A DNA stretch of 64,000 nt, taken from NCBI GenBank assembly GCA_964016885.1, contig OZ024757.1, positions 36,456,001 through 36,520,000 of the forward strand, given 5' to 3'. Source of the DNA: Eledone cirrhosa. Taxonomy: Eukaryota. Position numbers and translations under genes: made by a program. The number at the start of each line of letters is the position of its first letter. Positions within the stretch are counted from its first letter, which is position 1. Positions 27,273-39,767 of this stretch are shown here, piece by piece. A model generated the notes under the pieces. That model ran no database searches. It was not told where the DNA came from and saw nothing but the letters and a program-made list of their open reading frames with translations.

Positions 27273-27395
27273 TATGAGTATATATATATATATATATATG
27301 AGTATATATATATATATATATATGAGTATATATATATGTATATATATATAAAATATGAGTATATATGTATATATATATTATATATACATACACAT
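26405..27395. repeat. (TA)n compound microsatellite with TG/TGAG interruptions
   Basis: Seen directly; source of the YIYI ORFs. Confidence 0.97.
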
Positions 27396-28089
27396 AGCTG
27401 AGAGAGAGCAAGTTAGGTGACAGTAATATTTCAGTAGTGTTAGTAGTAGTAGTAGTAATACTAGGGGTAGTTGTAACTGGCTTTCCTTTGCTTCTTTTTC
27501 AATGAGACGCCAACTTTTCTGGAACCATTGAACTGTGATAAACTCTACAAAGCTGTACAAATCTCTCTCTAATAACTGTATGGAACAAATACTGCTGACA
27601 TATTCTTCTTCTCCTTCTTCTTCTCCTCCTTCTTCCTCTTCTTCATTTTATCACTTTCAAATCTTTCTTTATATCACAGCAACCACTGGAAAATACACTG
27701 GTATCTGGACACTAAGAAAAAACTAACACCTTTGTTTGTTGTCTATAAGTCTGTGAGGGGTTGTGTGTGTGGTTTGTTTTCTTTGTGTGGGGAGTTTTGT
27801 GGGTGTGTGGTTGGTTTTCTGTGTTGGTGTGTGTGTGGGGCTGGTTTTCTGTGTTGTGTGTGAGAGTTTTGTCTGTGTGGGGCTGGTTTTCTGTGTTGGT
27901 GTGTAGGGTTGTGTGTGTGTGTCTGTCTATTTGGAGTTGTGTGTATGTGTATATGGGCATGTCAGTGTGTAAGGGTTTGTGTGTGTGGAGGGGGTATGTA
28001 TATGTGAGCATGCCAGTATGGGGGGTTGTCACGTATGGATATGTGTGTGTCAGGGTGAGAGTACGTTGTCACATTCTTTTGTTTACAGT

Positions 28090-28490
28090 GGCCCAATTGC
28101 ACTTCTCAAAGGTGATGACACAGGACCGAGACCTCTGGTGTTATGCAGTAATACAAAAGACCCGACTTCCCACGGGTACAAGCCAAAGCTGAAGCATATA
28201 AACAATATGCCCCCACGCCCCTCCCACTCTAAAGTGGTCGTGTAGGTGTCACAACAAAAAGCACCCAGTCAACACTATAAAGTGGACGTGTAGGCGCCAC
28301 GGTAGAAAAGCACCCAGTACTCACTGTAAATGAGGTTGATGTTAGGAAGGGCATCCAGCTGTAGAAACCAAGCCAAAATCAGTTCTGTATGAGCAAGACA
28401 TAGTCACCTGACCTGGCATTGCCCGCAACAGGACAACCTGTCTAATCCATGCTAGCTTGGAAACATTAACATAAAACGGTGATGATGATG
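28090..28490 (+). mobile_element. RTE LINE 3' end (same family as 98-1963)
   Basis: Aligns with 1577-1963; (TGA)n tail. Confidence 0.88.
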
Positions 28491-29659
28491 ACAGTTGTTC
28501 AACGCTGTCCACATGTTACCTCATTGCCGTCTGAATGCTTTCATTTGGTTGTATATTCCATGTAGCTGACACCACAGCCATGGTTTTCCTGTAACATGTC
28601 AAATGTCAGTGTCTTCCTCTTGTGGATTGATCAAGACTATCTTCTTCCAAGGAACAATCCAAGCGAGAAGAGGGCAAGGACATCCAATAAAGACTATCTT
28701 CTTCCAAGGACATCCAGGAGAAAAATAAGGGGTGGATAGAATGGAGCAGCAACCCTATGGTGGTGGTACACTGCTTCACTCTTCAGCCACAGCCCTCCTC
28801 CACAACTCTGAGAGTAAAGACAGTGACAACCGAAGTCCTGATTCATGGTAGGGAAGAATGGAAGAGGATGTTGGTACATACCTTCACCCTTCAGCCACTG
28901 CCCCCCTCCACACACAACTCTGGGGGTAAAGTCTGAGACAACACAAGTCCTGGTTCATGGTAGAAGAGGGAGGGAGGATTATGGTGGCTGGCAGGCATAC
29001 TGCTTCACTCATCAATGCCCTCACAACCCTGGGAGTAAAGACAGTAACACTCCAAGTCCTGGTTGTGTAGGAGTCACTATACACACTGTAAATGTGGTTG
29101 GCATTAGGAAGGGCACCCAGTTAAAAGCAGGACACAGTTACTTGACCCCACATTGTTAACATCCTGGCCTTTATAAATATATATTCGCAAAATTTTAATA
29201 AGACATCAAACGAACCAAAAATCGTTTTAGAGAGAGAATTTATTATAAAAAATTATAATATATAAAATTAAATTTTATTAAAAATTAACACCCATGCCGC
29301 TTAACTTTAAGCTTCTTCAAATTGATATAAAATTTTATTAAAAAAAAAGATGTCTTGTTGCAGAAACCTTAGTTCAATAAATTTTAATGAAATTTTACTT
29401 AAAAAAAACACCATCTAGTGGAACACAATTTGGTTAATTCTGGTTTGATGTGTTCATTAAGACAGCATGTGCAGTTGGTGGTAATTTGGTCACTATTTTT
29501 AGCAAGTTAAGCAAACATCAATGTTTAGTATTAAAGCAGTTTTATATTACAGCTCTCACCTATCTAGGTTTAGCTAGCCTCACAGGAGGTTTCGTGGGTG
29601 TTTTAATGCTAGGAGACCCAGTCCTATCAAATACACATGTATGTTACAGCTCACCTCTA

Positions 29660-30065
29660 GGTCTCTGAGAATCATTAGGTTAACCTGGGATTGTAAGAGG
29701 TAGGGATGTGATCTGGGTCACTGGGTTAACCTTGGGTTATAAGGGGGAGGGATGTGATCTGGGTCTCTGAGAACCACTGGGTTAACTTGGGATTATAAGG
29801 GGAAGGAATGTGACCTAGTATTGTAAAAGGTAGGGATATGATCTGGATCTCTGAGAACCACTGGGATTATATGGGGGAGGAATATGACCTGGGATTATAA
29901 GGGGAGGAATGTAACCTGGTATTGTAAGAGATAGGGATGTGACCAGAGTCTCTGAGAACCATGGGTTAAAATGGGATTGTAAGAGGTAGGGATGTGACCG
30001 GGGTCTCTGAGACCCACTGGATTAACATACGATTGTAAGAGGTAGAAATGTGACCTGGGTTTCTG
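29660..30065. repeat. Degenerate tandem repeat, unit about 55 bp
   Basis: Recurring gtctctgagaaccactgggttaac...gggattgtaagaggtagggatgtga. Confidence 0.8.
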
Positions 30066-30918
30066 TGAAAACAATTTTGTAGACATACAATGTTATATCC
30101 CTTGCATCAGATTAATGAAGAAACATCTAATAATTTAAAGGTTTATAACAGTAAATATAAATATATCATTAAATCTCTGGTGACACTATGTTATTTGCAG
30201 TCATCTATCTGGGGAACTGGCTATTGCAGCTCCCGTGATTGTGGAAGGGTATGGTTTTTAAGGCCCTCTTTGTCTTATACGTTAAACCCCCACCCCTGTT
30301 GACCCTACTTTACATGTCATGTTTTTCAACAAATCTTCAGCCAAGACAGTACCTAGTTTCCAGGGCCCTTATGTATGTTTTTCAATGACTCTTCAGCCAA
30401 AACTACCTGTTTTCTGAGGCCCTTATTTGTCATGTTTGTCAACAACCTTTCAGCCAAGATAGTACCTGGTTCTGAGGCCCTTATTTGTCATGTATTAACC
30501 CTTACTTTACCCATCACGTTTGTCAACGACCCTTCAGCTAAGATAGTACCTGGTTTCTGAGGCCCTTATTTGTCAGGTGTTCTCTACCCTTGAACCTTTT
30601 ACTATACCCCTCATGATGTTCAATGTCTTTGAAGCAGCTGATATCTAAGGCTGTTCTTTGTCTAAGGTATCTTTGTTCACCCCTAACCTACTTCACACCT
30701 CACCTCAATTAACAAGCCTACATTACCTGTCATGTTTTTTTTGGTCAAAGACCTTGAGTCAAGATAACTGGTTTTTAAAGTCCTTCTGTTCTTATGAACT
30801 GTTGTTCACCTCACCTCATTAACTCTACTTTACCGCTAATGTTTGTCACTGTCTTTGAAACACTTGAGCCAAGATGAAGGCCCTTCTGTTATGAGTTCTA
30901 CTTAACCCTTAATATTTG

Positions 30919-31265
30919 TCAGTCTTTGGAAACCTTGTTGGAATAATTTGAAAACATTTGAGCCAAGATGATTGTCAGTTGGTTCCTAAGGCCCTCTATT
31001 TCTTTAGCTAGACCTGCCGCCATGACCTGCTCTATGTATGTACTCAATACTTGCTTGATGAGGATTTCAGAAGTCTTGCCTTTGATGGTTGTACTGTAAA
31101 TGGTAGGAGTAAGAGAAGTTACGTTATCGTAAGGCCAGGCAAACAGAAGCATGGTGGCCATGTGTAGATTGTTTACAGCTCTATATGGTTTTGAGCACTT
31201 GACATTTTCTAGTCCTTGTAGCTTTGGTTTACAACAATAAAGTGGCTTGTAGGGCAGCTCCTCAC
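30919..31265 (-). CDS. PCS: Phytochelatin synthase (glutathione gamma-glutamylcysteinyltransferase), coding exon 4 (terminal)
   Basis: Acceptor taattccag, phase 1: (G)EELPYKPLYCCK...LAKEIEGLRNQLTII...SKD*. The LxxEIxxLRxQL motif resembles the eukaryotic PCS C-terminal domain. Confidence 0.8.
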
Positions 31266-31898
31266 CTGGAATTAGATATACCATATATTACATTTAATAT
31301 AGATATATTTTACAATTACTTACCACTATCATATCCTACATCTAATATATATAAATATAATTTATAAACACTGACCAAGTTGTGAGACCAGCCAGTATCA
31401 TATCCTACATTTAATATGTATGTATGGTCCCGTAACTCCTGATAGAATCTTAGGGATACTGTATTGACATACAGAGTTTCTTGAGCATTTTTTAAGCCTG
31501 GCAGAGCCCATTCTTCTCCAGGCCTGAATACAGCAGATTTCTTTCAGAGAAAGATGGAAAGTGAGAGAGAGGAAACGAGAAAGACATAGAGGAAGGAGGA
31601 ATTGACCCCAGTACTAGACTGGTACTTTTTTTTTATTGACCTCGAAAGGATTTGAACTCAGAAAGCAGAGATCTGGAACAAATACCAAAAAGCATTCTAT
31701 CTGACATTCTAATGACTGTCAATATATATAAATATGGATTGAGGAAGGCGAGGCTGTGTGGTTACTGACAACGAGTGTTAGAAGGTAAGGCGACAAACGA
31801 GATGGACAGTTTCCCTTCGCCGGTCTATATATATACAAAAACTGACCCGTAACATATCTTACATTTAATATATATAAATATATTTTATAAATACTGAC

Positions 31899-32270
31899 CA
31901 TGTTGTGAGACCAATGCATAAAGTTCTGTGCTTTCTAGTTTCTTTAACAGTTGTTCTTTGGCACATCGGTACTTCTCCTTCAATTCACACGGACACTTTT
32001 GGTCAAGAATATGTATATCCAAGGGCCAGTTTTCTTGTTTCAGGTCAGCCAGCAGCTTTATAATGTGACCGACCACTTCTGTGACAGTCACCAGGTTATC
32101 TGTGGACTTTACCGGAGATGTCAAGACAGCATTCCATTTCTGTACAAAAGACGAGGTATCTGCTGGTACTATGGAGTGGATTGCTAGGGTTAGTTGGGAA
32201 GACGCACAGAATAATACGGGGTGGTCACAACTTGCATTCTTACTCATCAGTACATAACCGCGAAGAGATC
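31899..32270 (-). CDS. PCS: Phytochelatin synthase, coding exon 3
   Basis: tttcttgcag|(G)SLRGYVLMSK...LESTELYALVSQH|gtcagt; completes the D..TG..RGY end of the catalytic domain; phases 1/1. Confidence 0.9.
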
Positions 32271-32485
32271 CTGCAAGAAATGGGAGAGAAGAAAAATTTG
32301 AAATTTATAGCTCACCTATGTAGGTTTAGCTAACCTCACATATGGTTACATATCATAGCAGGTTTCTTGGGTGTTTTAATGATAGGAAACCCCATTTTAT
32401 CATTTACACACACATATATAGAAGACTTTGAGAGGTATTGGTATAGGGGTATCTAGAATAGTTTGGGAGAATTGATCTAGGATTA

Positions 32486-32755
32486 ACCCTTTAGCATTTA
32501 AACCGGCCAGAATTCTCTCACTTCTTTCAGTTCAAACCGATTGTAACTGGCCACTTAAACTGATGTTAAGGTATTGTCTTCAAAATAAATAACATCAAAA
32601 TCTCAGATTCGATATTATGTGAGGTAAAGCCTTTACCGTAAAAATACAATAGTGTATATAGAGTAATGTGAATGTTACATGAGATAATTATGTGAGGTAA
32701 AGCCTTTACTGTGAAAATACAATAGTATATATAGAGTAATGTAAATGCTAAAGGG
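32486..32755. mobile_element. piggyBac-type MITE in PCS intron
   Basis: ttaa|ccctttagcattta ... taaatgctaaaggg|ttaa. Confidence 0.85.
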
Positions 32756-32827
32756 TTAAATAGAAAGCTGGTGGGGGGGGGGGGTTAGTCTTGGGGTCAC
32801 TAGAAATAGCTAAAAAAAATAACCAAC

Positions 32828-33050
32828 CTGTAGAAGAGTCCCGTGTGTTCATAGCAGAGAGTAGAGAGGAAAGATGTATCCAATGAGGAGGGTACTTGAA
32901 ACGAGCTGTGTCCATAATGAGGACCAAGTCACGCTCAGGGTGATATCCTGCAATCGGTGAGAAGTGACCATCTCCAGTTTGTTTGAGAATCTTCCGGGAG
33001 TATGTGGCAACAATAAAGGCATCGTCTCGTGTTGTGTAAGACTTGACAAC
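32828..33050 (-). CDS. PCS: Phytochelatin synthase, coding exon 2 (catalytic His and Asp)
   Basis: This frame is absent from the ORF track and was translated by hand: VVKSYTTRDDAFIVATYSRKILKQTGDGHFSPIAGYHPERDLVLIMDTARFKYPPHWIHLSSLLSAMNTRDSST; AG/GT sites, phases 0/1. Confidence 0.96.
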
Positions 33051-33821
33051 CTTTTCAAAGAAAAAAAAAAATTGAAATTTACAGCCAACCTCTATGGAGG
33101 TTTTAGCTGGCCTCCTCTAAGGTCACATCTCATACAAGGTTTCTGGGGGTATTTTAATCATAGAGAGCCCCAGTTCTATCATGTTGTTACAGTCAGAGGC
33201 ATAACTAGGCCTATCAAAAATAGCGCATATGGCAAGCATCTGCTGCACTAGGCCACATGCCTTCACTTTTTAAAGACAAAGAGAAAATCTATATTATAAT
33301 CAAAGAATCAATTATATTGAAGAAGTGTTGAGCAAATTTAGAATATTGAAATTCTTATTTTGGTGAAAAGGCATACATGCCAGCAATCTTTTTTTGGGGG
33401 GGAGAGGGGATTAAATTGACCCCAGTGCATTAATGGGAGATATGAACTCAGAACGTAAAAAACCGTAACTCTATGCCATAAAGACCTCAAATAATGGTTT
33501 CTTATATAGGAACAAGGCCAACAACTTTGGGGAGGGGGAAGTCGATTAAATCGACCCCAGTGTATTACTGGTACTTTATTTTATCGATCCCCGTAAGGAT
33601 GAAAGGCAAAGTTAACCTCGGCGGAATTTGAACTCGGGGCGTAACTCTATTTTGCAAAGCATTATGTCCGACGCTAAAGCTAACCTCGGCAGGATTTGAA
33701 CTCAGAACAAATACCACAATAGCAGTTTAACCGACGCTCTACCGATTCTGTCAACCCATCGTATCGCGAAAGAGATAATTAAAATATGTTTTTTTTTTTT
33801 ATATAGTTTTGTTTTGTTTAC

Positions 33822-34217
33822 CTGTCGGAATGTATCTTCACCTTCGGACTGCGGCCGTACGACTGTGGTGACCAGACAGTTACATTGAGCAATACAATTA
33901 AACTGGTCAAGGCTTATCCCTTTCACCTTAACCACATCGAGCGGGACACAGCATTCCAGCATATTTTCGTGGTACCATCTCCATGGTCCCTTCCATACGA
34001 CTCCGGGGTCTATTTCTAGCGCGTTGAGTATCATAACCAACGTAGAGAGACCGCAATAGGCAGGTTCGTCCTGGGTACGAAACTGAGCGGCCAGTTTAAA
34101 GTAACAGTTCATATGTCCGGATAACAAAGCCTCTTTGAAGATGGTTTTGCCCTCTTCCGAATAGAAGGAGATACAGCTCTCTGGTAACAAACGTTGGAAG
34201 AATTCAACAGTGTTCAT
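33822..34217 (-). CDS. PCS: Phytochelatin synthase, coding exon 1 (catalytic Cys)
   Basis: [12 protein letters not shown]...[46 protein letters not shown]; CAG|GTAAAC donor. An acceptor at 34278 implies a further upstream (probably UTR) exon. Confidence 0.96.
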
Positions 34218-34877
34218 TATAAATTCGCACGTTAAGAAGTCGGTGGTTGCGAGGGTCCCTTCTGTCAACAACTTATTCTGTAATATACAATACATATATT
34301 ATCTCTGTGTGTGTATATATATTTATTTATCTATTATACATATCTATATACAAAAAGTAAAAGAAAAAAATCGATACAGTACAGTGGAAACAAATATCTG
34401 TTTAACATTTGATGTAGTAGAAAAAGAATGTGTGTATGTGAGTATATATATATTTAAATGTATACGTATGTATGAGTAGAAAGATATATGCGTGTACATA
34501 TACAGGATATCCGTATACATACATACATACACACATACATATATATATATAGTGAAAAATTGAACGGGAACAAAACAGAGAGAGAGTACGAACAAAGGTT
34601 TATTAGTTTCACGCTCTTGAGAGTGGGATGGTGGTTATATATATATATATATATATATGATAATAAATAAATAAATTATACAATTATCAAAATTGTGTTC
34701 AAATCATTTAATAGCTGACAATCGTATTATATATATATGTCCGCCGGGGCTTTGGGTGGGCCCCATCGCGTACCAATACATTAGTTAAATACCATTCTTT
34801 CATCCACCTAATATATATATATGTATGTATACGGATATCCTGCATACGTACACGTATATATCTATATACTCACAGAA

Positions 34878-34908
<31 letters not shown>

Positions 34909-35032
34909 AATGAAAAGTATAGAGATTATTGTAGCAAGAAGCCAACAGTATTCCATAATATATAAGTGACTATAGCGTCAAAATGGAAAAATAGTTAACG
35001 TAAGATGTGGGAAAATAATTCAAACTCAATTC

Positions 35033-35070
<38 letters not shown>

Positions 35071-35484
35071 GTTCATATATATATTTTATATAAACACACA
35101 TACGCATGTATGTAAACAAATGATTATATGAATCATATTGCATATAAACATGAGAAAAGTGATCGCTAGAACAGCTGTTAAAACAGCGATGGTGAAACAT
35201 ACCTCGGAGGACAGAGACCAGTGGCTAATGGTCAACAGAGAGACAGGAAGATAAATATATATGTGTGTGTGTCCCGGGTTCAATGGGAAGTAACCACAGT
35301 AAGTAAGGTACTCAATACATTAGTAGAGTGTAAACATCATGTTTAATATAGAAATCGTTTCTACAGGACTTTCCTGATGATTTCTTTTGAAAACGAAACA
35401 GTTCTAGCCATGTAGAAGTCATTTCTATATTAAACAATATATATATATATACATACACACACACACACATATATATATATTATA

Positions 35485-36226
35485 ATCATCATCATCATCA
35501 TCATCATCGTTTAACGTCCATCTTCCACGCTTGCATGGGTTTGGACGGGAATTTTCCCACTTGAGGCAAGATTGGTTGTCTTGCTCGTATAGGACTGTCT
35601 GGCGGGTTATCTACGGCTGGATGCCCTTCCTAACAGCAACCACGTTTACAGTGTGGACTGGGAGGTTTTTACCGTGTTACCCACACGGCCACATTACAGC
35701 GTGGACTGTGTTTTTTTGTAGTGACACCTACACGACCTCATTTATTTCGGACTGGATCTTGTGGTACCAACATAACTTTACATTGAAAGGGGTGGGGTGG
35801 GGGTACTGGGACGGGGGTGTATTTTTGTTAGAGGTGCCTACTGATTGTAGGTCTCGCTTTGTACTTAGGCAAGGCGGGTCTTCTGTATTACTGTGTAGCC
35901 CCAAAGATCTCGATCCAGTGACATTGTCTTGGAGAGGTATAAGTGTGTGAGATCGGAATTTATCAAGTCGTCCCAGGTTTTTCTGGGTCTGCCTACTCTG
36001 TGGCTACCGTCTATTTTTATCGCCCTGCAACCTTTTTATACAGCTGTCGTCTTTCATGCGCATCACGTGACCATACCAACGTAGTCTTCTCTCGAGTAAA
36101 CAACATCTAATCCCTCTTATTCCTAATTTCTCTCTTAGTTCGTTTATGCTTTGCCGTTCACGTATATTACTATTACACATCCAACGGAACATGCAAGCTT
36201 CGTTCCTCTCCAGTCTGCGTATATCC

Positions 36227-36230
<4 letters not shown>
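35485..36230 (-). mobile_element. RTE LINE 3' fragment (second subfamily)
   Basis: Near-identical to 15715-16390. Confidence 0.9.
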
Positions 36231-36290
<60 letters not shown>

Positions 36291-37419
36291 ATATATAATA
36301 TAGAATATATATTATTTAATTACATAATAAACAACACAATATAATTATTCCATTACCAAAGGTTTCAGGAAACTAGACGATCTTAACAGAAACGTCCAGC
36401 TTGTTCATCAGATGAAATAGTTGTGTTTTGGATATAATTATATCCAAATTAATAAATATATAATATATATAGGTAGAACACTGGAAGGTAATATCCGTAG
36501 TGGTAGAGCACTCAGTCCATGGGAGGAGTTTGGTAGAAATAGTTATACAACAGTTAGTTCATCATACCGAGAACAGTTGTTCTCAATATGGTGAACTAAC
36601 TGCTGTGTTACTACTTCTATATATATATATATATATATACATTTGGCACAAGGCCAGCAATTAACCCAGTGCATTACTGGTACTTTATTTTATCAATCCC
36701 GTAAGGATGAAAGGCAAAGTTAACCTCGACAATAATAACAGTAATAATAATAATGATTTCTTTATTAACCACAAAGGGCTTACATAAAATATACATTAAG
36801 GACAGTACAGGGTGGTACAAAAATAAAAAGGGTGAAAAACCTTAAATTAAAACAAAAGAAAAAAAATTCCCCAATAGGGTGGGTTACTGGTGGAGAAAGC
36901 TTACAAAAAAGTCACGGTCACCCTGACCGCTAGACACCCTCACCCATTTCCCTCCTTCAATACTACAGTCACACGTTCAGGACAGACCCATTTACACGGG
37001 CCATTGTCGCCTCTTTCCTCTGTTTTTCAATAAATTACTTTGAAAGCAGCATTTCCTTCTCCATCCTGATATTCCTTTACAGATTAAACCCGAAACAGTA
37101 GGATTTTGTTCACATACTTGTTTGAAACATTTTTTAATGAAATATGAGGCATAACCTTTTGTCAGATTATTGTAATAAATTACCGTTTCCGTATTTTGAG
37201 CTGTTTTTACTTCTCCAGAGAGAGAGAGAGCACTAATATGAGTACTTGATATATGTGGAGATGTAGAGTGGGTATACCGTATTTGCCGGCGTCGAAGACA
37301 ATTCGTCCTGGTATGTCGCCTTCTTACAAGACCGCGTACATATTTAGATACGAATCATACATGTCAACAAACATTGCACTGTTTTATCACCGCTCCTTCA
37401 CCCACCCCACGCTTTAAAT

Positions 37420-37870
37420 TAGCGGTGGGCCCTTAAAAAATCTGTGCCCGTAGCAAATGTTAGGGACTAAAATAGAGTCAAAAGCAGTATATTATTATAG
37501 TATAAAGCACTTGGCTCCTAAAATGTAGGCCCGTAACATATGTTAGAGAGTAAAAAGTCTCTAAGTGGGGTATAATTCTACAATACTAAGCACTTAATGC
37601 CCCCCCCCCCCCCTAAACAATTAGGTGCCGTAGCAAATGCTAAGGACTAAAAAAGATCAAAGTACGTACACTACTATAGGATGAAGCATTTAGTGCGAAG
37701 CCCCTAAAAATGTGAGCTCGTAGTAAATGTTAGTCTCCAAAAAGGCTCAAAGGAGGCCCCTAAAAATGTAAGGGCCGTAGCAAATACTAGTGCCTAAAAA
37801 GAGTCAAAGGCAGTATAGTACTATAGCATGAAACAATTAGCGCTGGGCCCTTTAAAAAAAGTAGGGGTCG
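37420..37870. repeat. Degenerate tandem repeat, unit about 90 bp, about 5 copies
   Basis: Recurring cctaaaaatgt...ccgtagcaaatgttag...ctaaaaa. Confidence 0.75.
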
Positions 37871-37901
37871 AATCAAATATATTGCTACAAGAATGAATTA
37901 A

Positions 37902-38180
37902 CCCTTTCATTACCATATCATGAAATTTTGCAATTTTTTTTTTTTTAATAATTGAAGATTTCGTTGGGTTTATTAATATAACTACCCCCTTAATCCCTTA
38001 ATTAATTGAGCTGTTGTTAAGGGCAGAGAGAAATGTTTTTTACAAAGGAATTATAATAGAATCGTTTGAATATAAGCATGAACCTAACAAAAAAGAAAAC
38101 AGCAACAACAAAAAACAAAAGGGCTTTGTTTTCTACATACCACAAGGGGGCAGTTTCAGGGTGTTTGCTATCGAAAAGGG
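37902..38180. mobile_element. Second piggyBac-type MITE family
   Basis: ttaa|ccctttc ... gaaaaggg|ttaa. Confidence 0.55.
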
Positions 38181-39581
38181 TTAATAATAATGATGATGAT
38201 AATGATAATAATAATGGTTTATGATTTAGGCACTAGGCCAGCAATTTTTGGTGGGGTGGAGGAGCAAGTCGAAGTAATTCCTAAATGCCGGGAATTTTTA
38301 GATTTCTAAGATGAGTAGAAAGGGACAGGGTCTTTAGACCCCGGAGGACATCCGTCACCTATCAGGTCGCCAAAATTGTTCATAAACAAATTTTTTTCCC
38401 CTTTTTTTATTTATTTAAAAAATGTTTTTGGGGTTATCCCAGTCGGGCGGCCCACCAAGATGTTTGGGGCCTAAATATACTCGTATGACCAGTCAGGTTC
38501 TCGTTGATTTACAAGGAGGTTTAGTTAATTAAGATCGGTCTCATGTCCTTAACTAGTGTGGAGGTTCTTTTGGGTGGGGGGTGAGTGAGGACCCCTATCA
38601 TCTATCCAACACCTCCTTCGGCCTCCGCCGCCCCTGGAAAGATGAAAGGCAAAGTTTGAACCAGGCGAGATTTGAATGTAAAAGGGCCGCAATTAAATTA
38701 ATCACTCCAAGGCAGACATTGTACAAATCTGTGCACAATTTACGATGATAGACAGAGAAGAATAGGACAAAGATGAACGAATAAGACGTAGTCTCTGTTA
38801 TCTATTCGAGGGTAAAGGTGGTGCTGAGCGTCGGCAATTTTTTTCCCTTTTTTTCTTTCTTTTAAATCATATATGATAGTAGCGGGTGTTTTATCTTCGA
38901 GAGAAAATAAAAGTTTTTTTTTTATCTTGCATTTTTATATAGGAAGATGTCTTACAATGAGAAAAAAACAATCTCGTTACACAGGGATGAACTTGTTAGG
39001 TGGGGTTACATTTTCTATATAAAATTCATAAATTATTATTGAAAATGAAGCATGGTCGAATGAACAAGAAGTTCACTCCGTAATTATGAAAATCTAGGTT
39101 CGATCACATTCTTTGGCAAGTTGAACCATCGTCTATTGCCCAGAGACGTATCTAGGGTATGGCATGGCATGTGCCATGGGCCCCATTTGAACGGGAATGC
39201 CACTTGGACTAGGAGCAGGTTCTATTAAAGTCAGATAAGCCATCGTCAGAGAGTGAAAAAGAGAAACTTCTTCAGATGTATGATCTGTCTTTGATTATCA
39301 TGGCTTAGAAACACTATGGTAGCTGGATCATTAAACCATTTATATAAATTATTAGACCTCCATAGGTAAAAATACAGTGCTGGGTACTACATGATCGGAG
39401 ACCCTGGTTTGGTGAGGACGGTAAGTGGAACCCCAGCAGCCCAAAATAATAAACAAAAGCAGTTTAAAGGGCGAATGAACTCCTCAGAATTGACAATCAT
39501 CCACCCCAATTATGGGTTAAATACCTTCACCAACCCGGCTACACACCTGGAGACATGACCAAAACCAAACAGAAAGAAGTG

Positions 39582-39767
39582 GAGGTAGGCTGAAGAATTC
39601 ATAGGCTAACCAAGATACTCTCATGGAATGACCAAATGGTTTTTTTTTTTTCAACATAGTTCTCAGAAAGAAATAATGCAGTTATTGATAAGAAGAGTTG
39701 AAATTAATGCATGCAAGATTTCACAGCTCTAGCATCACTCCTTCGTGAACTTTACAGCCGACCCTCG
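39582..39767. mobile_element. mariner-derived internally deleted element
   Basis: Left end gaggtaggctgaagaattcata and right end gtgaactttacagccgaccctcg|ta resemble mariner (TA)CGAGGGTxGGCTGAAAAGTTC TIRs. Confidence 0.65.

Noticed and set aside
30919-34217. PCS as contamination or recent bacterial transfer
   Set aside because: It has spliceosomal introns with host-type MITEs and SINEs, a eukaryote-type C-terminal domain, and is contiguous with animal genes.
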